DNA of 59,184 nt from Methanomicrobiales archaeon (GTDB lineage: Archaea > Halobacteriota > Methanomicrobia > Methanomicrobiales > Methanospirillaceae), in assembly GCA_037137755.1 (NCBI GenBank), contig JBAXJR010000013.1, forward strand, positions 1-59,184, given 5' to 3'. The notes beneath the pieces were generated by a model. The model was not told the DNA's origin, did no database searches, and saw nothing but the letters and a program-made list of their open reading frames with translations. This document shows positions 52,256-59,184 of this stretch, piece after piece. The position numbers were made by a program, and so were the translations under genes. The first letter of the stretch is position 1. Each line of letters begins with the position of its first letter.

Positions 52256-53056
52256 ATGGGAATATACTCTCCCAGCAGGGACATATTCGTGAACTTCAGC
52301 CTGATTATTGAACTTGCAAAAAGGGATTTTACCGAGCGGTATTCCGGTTCGGCACTCGGATTTACGTGGTCGTTTATTTATCCCCTGATTAATATCCTTA
52401 TTTATATGATCATCTTTGGCACCCTGATGGGTGCACGGCTGCCGGGGATGTCCTCCATCTGGGGCTACGGGGTATACCTTATTGCCGGGCTGGTACCCTG
52501 GATGGCATTTGCGAATACTGTAACCCGGTCATCTACAGTCTTCCTGGATAAAAAGAATATTATTGCAAAAATCCATGTAGATCTTCCCACGCTTCCGCTC
52601 TTTATTGTGTTATCGGAAACCATCACCTTTGTGGTAACGCTTGCGATCTTCCTAGTAATCCTCATTATCACTGGATTTTCACTTTCCTTGTATCTGGTAT
52701 TGATTCCTCTCATTTACCTTATCCAACAGGTGTTTGCTTACGCACTGGGATTTTTCCTTGCGATGTTTGTGGTCTTTTTGCGCGATCTCAAGGAAGTTGT
52801 TGTGATTGGTTTCCAGATCTGGTTCTGGTTCACACCGATCGTGTATGTTTTTAGTATCCTCCCACCTCTCGCCCAGCAGGTATTGATTTGGAACCCGATG
52901 CTCCCTGTTATATCTGCATACCATGACATTTTTGTATTCCAGAGAATGCCATCGTTTTTTTATCTATCTATTGTTCTTATAGCGAGTCTGGGACTGATTG
53001 TTGCTGATTATATAATATTCAAAAAACTTGAGAAAGATATCAGGGATTTTATCTGA
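52256..53056 (+). CDS. wzm: ABC-2 polysaccharide export permease (Wzm-like)
   Basis: 'LAKRDF..RY.GS.LG..WS.I.PL', 'G..PW..F', 'RDL..V.....W.W.TPIVY', 'NPM..I..Y'. Confidence 0.88.
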   Translation: MGIYSPSRDIFVNFSLIIELAKRDFTERYSGSALGFTWSFIYPLINILIYMIIFGTLMGARLPGMSSIWGYGVYLIAGLVPWMAFANTVTRSSTVFLDKKNIIAKIHVDLPTLPLFIVLSETITFVVTLAIFLVILIITGFSLSLYLVLIPLIYLIQQVFAYALGFFLAMFVVFLRDLKEVVVIGFQIWFWFTPIVYVFSILPPLAQQVLIWNPMLPVISAYHDIFVFQRMPSFFYLSIVLIASLGLIVADYIIFKKLEKDIRDFI

Positions 53057-53510
53057 TGGTGAGAATGCGAGTATTTTTTTGCCGGGGTAATACGATATTG
53101 GATTTGGGCTAAAACCTGTATCTTTGTTTACCTGATCCAGGTATTTTAGCGATTTCACGCTTAATCCTGTCTTCAACCCCATTGTCCGTATTATTGCTAA
53201 ATAACGCAAATTTGGGGTTCATTTCTACAGATTAGGCGAATATCTATAGCTTTTTTATTATCTAATTAATTTAACGGTATTATGAGAATTGGATTCAAAT
53301 TTAACCGATTTATCAGAATTCTAGAGCCTGAAAAATAGCAGCATAGACTTTGATACGAATTATCCTGAAACGGCACCCTATTTGAGGTAAAAGAGGCGTA
53401 ATTACTCTTAAATTAGTTAAATAATATTGTGTTACGTCAAATAATGGTGATCACAGTATGTTCGTGAAACCTATGGTTGTACATGCAGCGGACCGATGAC
53501 GGTCAGGCTG

Positions 53511-53744
53511 TTAATGTTGTTTCGGCCACCGATGGAAATCAGTACCGGAGGGAAGGATTTCATTGAATGCCTTGATATTTTGGTAGACTCGCTGTCGGTC
53601 AACCCGAAAATACCGGGCAATTTCTGCAACCAGCTTACCTTTCAGCCATTGCTTGCGGATTCCCTCAATATCCCTAATGGATAGTATACTCACGTCGATA
53701 TTTTGATGTGATGTCAAATGGTTTCGGGATAGGACCTCCCGCAC
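53511..53744 (-). pseudogene. HTH fragment, possibly a transposase N-terminal remnant
   Basis: 'I..QW.KG..VAEIARYFRVDRQRVYQ.IK.F' is an HTH of the kind found at transposase N-termini. No catalytic domain follows. Confidence 0.4.
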
Positions 53745-53822
53745 ATAACGGCTGAATACATATAAGAATGTCGGTTAAATTGTATCTTCAGGTTGATGAG
53801 GGAATAATGATGAGGTCCGGAA

Positions 53823-54190
53823 TTGATGACATCCCACATAAGCGAACTCCGCCTTCATAGTGAAATTATTGCAATCATCCTTTTTGGCTCAGTTGTGCAA
53901 GGTAAGGCCAGGGAAGATTCGGATATTGATCTCAGCATCGTCACCCGGCCCACTATTCCTGATTCTACCGATTGGAATTGCTCAGCCATGGATCAGACAG
54001 AATAGATATCCATCTCTTCCGGGACCTTCCCCTCACCATCAGAATGCGTGTAATCCGTGAAGGAGAATTGCTTTTTTGTCGTGATACTCTTTCATTCCAC
54101 TGGATCAAAATAGATACTGTCGGACAATATCTCGATGTATCCCCCCTTATCCGGAGACACTGTCTTCATGCAATGGGGATCAACCTGTGA
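53823..54190 (+). pseudogene. Minimal nucleotidyltransferase (MNT antitoxin), frameshifted
   Basis: 'ILFGSVVQG.AREDSDIDL' in ORF 53823-54005 continues in another frame as 'IDIHLF.DLPL.IRMRVIREG.LLFC' (ORF 53972-54190). Confidence 0.8.
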
Positions 54191-54356
54191 GGTACCTGCG
54201 GATAACTGACGGCCGGAAAATGCACAAGAGAGCAAGAGAATAGGGTATTGATACAATACTGGTGAGGGATTGGGTGAAAAGGGTAGATTTAAAACAAATT
54301 GTCCGTCACTTCGAAATTTTTAATGCATCTGCGAATCAGCAGTCATACAAGTATAC

Positions 54357-54544
54357 ATGATAAAAGTCGAAGGGATCTCGAAGAAATTCAAACTCTACCG
54401 TTCACCTGCTGACCGGGTCAAAGAGATCTTCTTTTGGAAACATTACAACAAGGATTTTGTGGCGCTCGACAATATTTCCTTTGAGATTGGAGACGCCCAG
54501 ATGATCGGAGGATCATAGTGGAGAATGGTGCTGGGAAATCTGGG
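54357..54544 (+). pseudogene. wzt: Wzt-like ABC ATPase 5' fragment (copy 1)
   Basis: MIKVEGISKKFKLYRSPADRVKEIFFWKHYNKDFVALDNISFEIG..., then after a frameshift IIVENGAGKS (Walker A remnant). Confidence 0.8.
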
Positions 54545-54592
54545 TTTACAAGTATTAATATCATTACAATGTTATTCCTACTATAAGCTATT

Positions 54593-55007
54593 ATGAGCAA
54601 ACAGGATGATGCAATCGCACGAAAATGGATTATGCAGGCATTGCATGATCTTACAATGGCGCACCGTAATGTCTCAATTGAGGGTTAAGATATTGCGCAT
54701 TCCTCTCCCCTCAGGCCGTGGAAAAGTTATTTAAAGGGCTTATTGCATAGAAAGGTCGTGAGGTACCTAAATCCCATTATATCGATGAACTTGGTACATC
54801 TCTTCATCTTTCGGATGAAATTTTCGAATTTGTTCTTAATCTCACGTCCGACTATCAATTATCCCGCTATCCGGATATCAGCGATTTTATTCCCTATGAG
54901 AACTATGATGAGGGACTAGCGGAAAACGTGTGAACAGCGCACAAAAAATATTTGATTACCTTTATACCCGATACTATCGGTAGCTGGAGGATCGCGATGA
55001 GAAATGA
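54593..55007 (+). pseudogene. HEPN domain protein, with stops and frameshifts
   Basis: MSKQDDAIARKWIMQALHDL.MA.RN...G*.../FLS.QAVEKLFKGLIA*KG..VPKSH.IDEL...L..DY..SRYPD...PYENY matches the HEPN pattern. Directly upstream of an MNT. Confidence 0.78.
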
Positions 55008-55341
55008 CCGTCTTCTGGTAGAATATCTGCATTTGATTGTGCCTAAAATAGTACACCAATTTTCACCGGTAACAATCCTTATATCGGGTTCCCGTGTGAA
55101 AGGGACTCCAACAGCAGATTCAGATATTGACGTGATCATCGTTGCTGATGCATTTTTTGGGGTACCCTTTGTACGACGCATGGTAGTTGTCCTGAAATCC
55201 GCACGGTTTAAAAAACATGTTGATTATTTCTGTTATACGCCAGAAGAATTTGAAGGTCTTAAAACGACGTCGGCTATCCTTCGAGATGCTGTTGAAGGCC
55301 CACGTGAAGTATTTCGTATGCCTGATACTCCAATCAGGTGA
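54997..55341 (+). CDS. Minimal nucleotidyltransferase (MNT)
   Basis: 'ISGSRVKG....DSDIDVIIV', 'VDYFCYTPEEF'. Confidence 0.85.
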   Translation: MRNDRLLVEYLHLIVPKIVHQFSPVTILISGSRVKGTPTADSDIDVIIVADAFFGVPFVRRMVVVLKSARFKKHVDYFCYTPEEFEGLKTTSAILRDAVEGPREVFRMPDTPIR

Positions 55342-55433
55342 ATCCTGTACAGTTCATGGAATCTCACATCCATTTACCTCATGTCACTCCGATTTTTTAA
55401 TTCACCGGTGATTCAATCACAATAGACGCACAA

Positions 55434-55570
55434 ATGATTAAAGTCGTCGGGATCTCGAAAAAATTCAAATTGAATTATTCACCTGCCGACAGGCGGGAAA
55501 GAGAGCGTCGTCAGGAAACAATACCACAAAGATTTCGTAGCGCTCGATAACATCTTCTTTGAGAATGTCA
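55434..55570 (+). pseudogene. wzt: Wzt-like ABC ATPase 5' fragment (copy 2)
   Basis: MIKVVGISKKFKLNYSPADR / frameshift / KESVVRKQYHKDFVALDNIFFE. Diverged duplicate of 54357 onward. Confidence 0.75.
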
Positions 55571-55929
55571 ATGTTGGTGCAAAAATGTGCATGTATGGCG
55601 GAATAAAAAGAGGTCTGCTAATCCCCTTCATGCACATGCGTGAAGGTAATGGGAATGCTGAATATAAAGGCATTTTTTAATTATACGCGATTTGCCTCAC
55701 CATAGATTGCATATCAGTCAAATAGCGCAGAAGATTGGACTTAGCCGGAACACATCAGAAATAGATCCCTGCACAAAAACACCCATTAGGATGAAAAGTA
55801 CCTTTCCAAAGTGAGACTACAGAAATCTCATAACATCCTGGTCGAAACAATTACTCCGTGTGTCCGAAGAGTTTTCATGCTTCTTAATCCACCATTATAT
55901 ATCGATAAGTTTGCATTGCGGTGCATATC

Positions 55930-57200
55930 ATGAAAATTTCCGTTATCGGTGGAGGTTATGCAGGGCTTGTGACGGGTGCCTGTTTATCAGGGCTCGGGCA
56001 TGCTGTGACCATTGTTGATGTTGATCCTGCTAAGGTGCAGATGATTAATGCAAAAAAGCCTCCGATCTATGAAGAGCAGCTGGAAGATCTCCTGCAGAAA
56101 AATTGTGGGGACCGACTTTGTGCCAGTACTTCATATGAGTCCGTATCCAATTCAGACCTGACATTTATCTGCGTAGGGACTCCTTCGAATAGTGATGGCA
56201 GTGCAAATCTCGCCTATGTTAAATCTGCATGCATTTCGGTCGGTAAGGAATTGAAAAAAATCCTAAATTATCAGGTCGTTGTTGTAAAAAGCACGGTCCC
56301 AACCGGGACTACTGAGAGAATCGTTTGCCCCTGGTGTTACAATCTTGCCAGAAAGCGGCAGGCGAGATCGGATTTGCAACAAACCCTGAGTTTCTACAGG
56401 AGGGACAGGCGATCGCGGATTTCATGCACCCGGACCGGATCGTCATCGGGTGCATCGATGACCGGACATTTAACCGGGTGACTGAAGTCTATCACGATCT
56501 TGATGCACCCGTTATTCGTACCAGCCTTGCTGCTGCGGAGATGATCAAGTGCACATCAAACGCATTCCTTGCCACAAAGATCTCCTTCTCCAATGAGATT
56601 GGAAATATCTGTAAGCGTCTTGGGATTGATGTGTACGAAGTGATGAAGGGGGTCGGGTCTGATTCCCGTATTGGTCCGTCGTTCCTAGATGCCGGCGCCG
56701 GTTTTGGGGGAAGTTGTCTCCCTAAAGACGTATCTGCAATGATCTCGCTGGCGGAAAGCATTGGTGACAATCCAGTCCTGTTAAAATCCGTTATGGAGGT
56801 AAACGAACACCAGCCCTTACGGATGATTACGCTCCTTGAGAATAAGGTGGGTACTCTTGCGGGTAAAAGGATTGCCGTTCTGGGTCTTGCATTCAAGGAT
56901 AATACGGATGATATCCGTGACTCGCGTGCAATTCCGGTCATCAGGGAATTATTACAGAAGGGTGCCCGGGTTGTGGCCTACGATCCCATGGCGATTCCCA
57001 ATATGCGCCGGATTTTTCCATCGCTTGAATACTGCGGGTGTGCAGCCGAAGCACTCCTTGATGCGGATGGCTGTCTTGTGATGACTGAATGGCCGGAGTT
57101 TACTTCTCTTGACCGTGAGTTTGATGGAATGAAAAAGCGGATTATTATTGAGGGAAGAAGAATACTATCCTGTAAAGAGAGGGAAGGTATCTGCTGGTAG
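55930..57200 (+). pseudogene. ugd: UDP-glucose/GDP-mannose dehydrogenase family (AglM/Ugd-like), frameshifted near 56325
   Basis: N-half: GGGYAG, CVGTP, VKSTVP.GTT. C-half in a shifted frame: NPEFL.EG, AEMIK..SNAFLA.KISF, GFGGSCLPKD, GLAFK..TDDIR.S. Confidence 0.88.
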
Positions 57201-57315
57201 CACAGTTCCTGGAATTGGTGACCGGAATGATTGATTGTTTATTAAATTTTTTAAATATCCAGACATCTGTTTACCATTACATTTCGCCGTCGACCGTTTT
57301 TGGAGTGGGTAAAAA

Positions 57316-58065
57316 ATGACCGTCAGACAGGGACTTATCCCGGCTGCCGGATCCGGGACCCGCCTCGGTCCGTTCACCCATGCGATTCCAAAGGAGCTAC
57401 TCCCGGTTGGAGACAAGGCGGTGATCGAGCACGTGGTGGAAGCGATGGTCCTTGCCGGGATCGAGGAGATCGCGATTGTTGTTTCCCCGCATAAACACGG
57501 GTTATCGGATTATCTTGGTTCGGGAAAACGCTTCGGTGTCCATTTTTCATATGTGGTGCAGGACGAGCGTCTTGGTCTTGCGGATGCAGTCCTTGCCGGC
57601 GAGCACATGATGAACGGGAGTTTTGCGGTCGTTCTCGGTGACAACTTCTTTTCCCCAAAGACCTTCCTTGGCGATTTAATTTCCACCCATATAGCAGACC
57701 ATGCGGATGCAACGGTAGGAGTAGCGGTGGTTTCAGATGTTACCTGCCATGGGATCATTAAATCGCACGGTGACCGTATCATCGATATGATCGAGAAGCC
57801 CGCTCCCGATAAAGCCCCAGGCCGCCTCAGTGCAATTGGTGTATACGTTTTTGAACCTTCCATCTTCGATGCCATCCGTACCACCACGCCTGGGTTTAAG
57901 GGGGAACTCCAGCTCACGGATTCGATCCGAGAGGAGATTGCGGCGGGGAAGAAGGTGATCTACCGGACGATTGAGGGTATCCACATCGACGTCGGGACAC
58001 CGCATGATCTGATGCGGGCAAATGAGTGGTACCTGAGAGAGTGTGACTGGACAATGGAAAGGTAA
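57316..58065 (+). CDS. Sugar-1-phosphate nucleotidyltransferase (AglF/RmlA/GalU-like)
   Basis: 'IPAAGSGTRL.P.T..IPKELLPVG.K', Q..RLGLA.A, LGDN, EKP, GELQLTD, DVG. Confidence 0.9.
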   Translation: MTVRQGLIPAAGSGTRLGPFTHAIPKELLPVGDKAVIEHVVEAMVLAGIEEIAIVVSPHKHGLSDYLGSGKRFGVHFSYVVQDERLGLADAVLAGEHMMNGSFAVVLGDNFFSPKTFLGDLISTHIADHADATVGVAVVSDVTCHGIIKSHGDRIIDMIEKPAPDKAPGRLSAIGVYVFEPSIFDAIRTTTPGFKGELQLTDSIREEIAAGKKVIYRTIEGIHIDVGTPHDLMRANEWYLRECDWTMER

Positions 58066-58066
58066 T

Positions 58067-59047
58067 ATGATGCCGGAACGAAATAATTCTGAAGGTTCAG
58101 GGATGGACTCAATAATTAAGATTTCAATTGTTATTCCAGTATTTAATGAAGAACAATCAGTAAATCAACTTTATCAAAAAATAGTAAAGGCTTTTGAAAA
58201 TAACCAATCAGACTATGAGATTATTTTTATTGATGATGGATCGATGGATTCTACATTTGAAAAATTAAAAGAGATATCCAGAATTGACAATCATATAAAA
58301 ATCGTAAAATTCAGGAAAAATTTTGGGAAATCAATAGCACTCAATGCTGCGTTTAATTTCGTACGAGGTTCAGTTATTATTACAATGGATGGCGATCTTC
58401 AGGATGATCCTGAAGAGATCCCCCGGTTTTTATCAAAAATCGATGAAGGGTTCGATCTTGTCTGCGGGTGGAAATATCCCCGATTTGATCCATTTACCAA
58501 AACACTTCCCTCAAAATTTTTCAACAAACTGACCTGCCTCTTTACAGGTGTAGATCTCCATGATTTCAATTGTGGTTTTAAAGCATACAAAAGAGTTGTC
58601 ATAAAAAATATCCAGTTATATGGAGAAATGCATCGTTATATCCCGGCTCTTGCTGCGTGGAATGGATTTAAAATCACTGAAATTCAAATAAAACATCATC
58701 CAAGGTATGGTGGAAAAACAAAATATGGGTTTTCCCGATTGATAAAAGGGTTTTTGGATCTTATAACAGTAAAATTTTTAACAAATTATGCAACCCGGCC
58801 ACTTCATGTTTTTGGAGTGTCAGGATTGCTATCAATTTTTGCAGGTATTGTCATTGGATTATATCTATTAATACTAAAATATCTGGATAATGCTCAGTTG
58901 GGTGAAAGACCGTTATTGCTACTATCAATTTTATTAATCGTTATTGGATTTCAATTTCTTTCTATGGGATTATTGGCCGAAATGATTGCATTCAGGGACG
59001 TTCGGGATCAAAATATAGATCGATTTATTGAGCTAGTAATTGATTGA
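58067..59047 (+). CDS. Glycosyltransferase family 2 (polyprenol-phosphate glycosyltransferase, GtrB/ArnC-like)
   Basis: SIVIPVFNEE, IDDGS.D, FRKNFGKS, MDGDLQDDP, HDFNCGFK, GEMHRYIP, two C-terminal TMs. Confidence 0.92.
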   Translation: MMPERNNSEGSGMDSIIKISIVIPVFNEEQSVNQLYQKIVKAFENNQSDYEIIFIDDGSMDSTFEKLKEISRIDNHIKIVKFRKNFGKSIALNAAFNFVRGSVIITMDGDLQDDPEEIPRFLSKIDEGFDLVCGWKYPRFDPFTKTLPSKFFNKLTCLFTGVDLHDFNCGFKAYKRVVIKNIQLYGEMHRYIPALAAWNGFKITEIQIKHHPRYGGKTKYGFSRLIKGFLDLITVKFLTNYATRPLHVFGVSGLLSIFAGIVIGLYLLILKYLDNAQLGERPLLLLSILLIVIGFQFLSMGLLAEMIAFRDVRDQNIDRFIELVID

Positions 59048-59184
59048 AATAAAAATGGAAAGTAAAATTTCTGGTTTTCAGGAATGTCATAAAACTAGCG
59101 AAGTACCGAAATTTATGCCAATTAGTCATTAGAGGATAGCTCACAACCAGCAACAAATTAGATTTTGAATGCCTAACCTGTCCT

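Noticed and set aside
52071-52292. 73-aa ORF overlapping the GT4 stop and wzm start
   Set aside because: No motif, AT-rich, and overlaps wzm by 37 nt.

Overview
Archaeal DNA, most likely from a Methanomicrobiales methanogen (Methanoregula/Methanolinea/Methanospirillum-like). This is inferred from the PEGA and NosD/PKD surface proteins, the REC-PAS kinases with 'ITRHDILN' H-boxes and 'YEEL..EEELRQNY' coiled coils, and oligo-T terminators. About 1-47 kb is rich in signal transduction: five histidine kinases, a REC-PAS protein, a soluble chemoreceptor with an N-terminal receiver domain and poly-HAMP array, a V4R sensor and a broken REC-Hpt gene. It also holds a tightly coupled operon of a heterodimeric ABC exporter, class III PPK2, carbamate kinase and arginine deiminase, with no OTC or antiporter, plus cardiolipin synthase, a rubredoxin missed by the ORF track, and several lipoproteins. 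From 48.4 kb onward is an AT-richer, partly decayed surface-glycan locus (GT2, 2x GT4, wzm, frameshifted UDP-sugar dehydrogenase, nucleotidyltransferase, GT2). There the wzt position is occupied by two decayed copies of a wzt 5' end interleaved with MNT/HEPN toxin-antitoxin remnants. Three degenerate MITE-like elements and a pair of covarying REP-like hairpins lie in intergenic regions. No rRNA, tRNA or CRISPR array was seen. All calls are by eye from motifs; no database searches were run.
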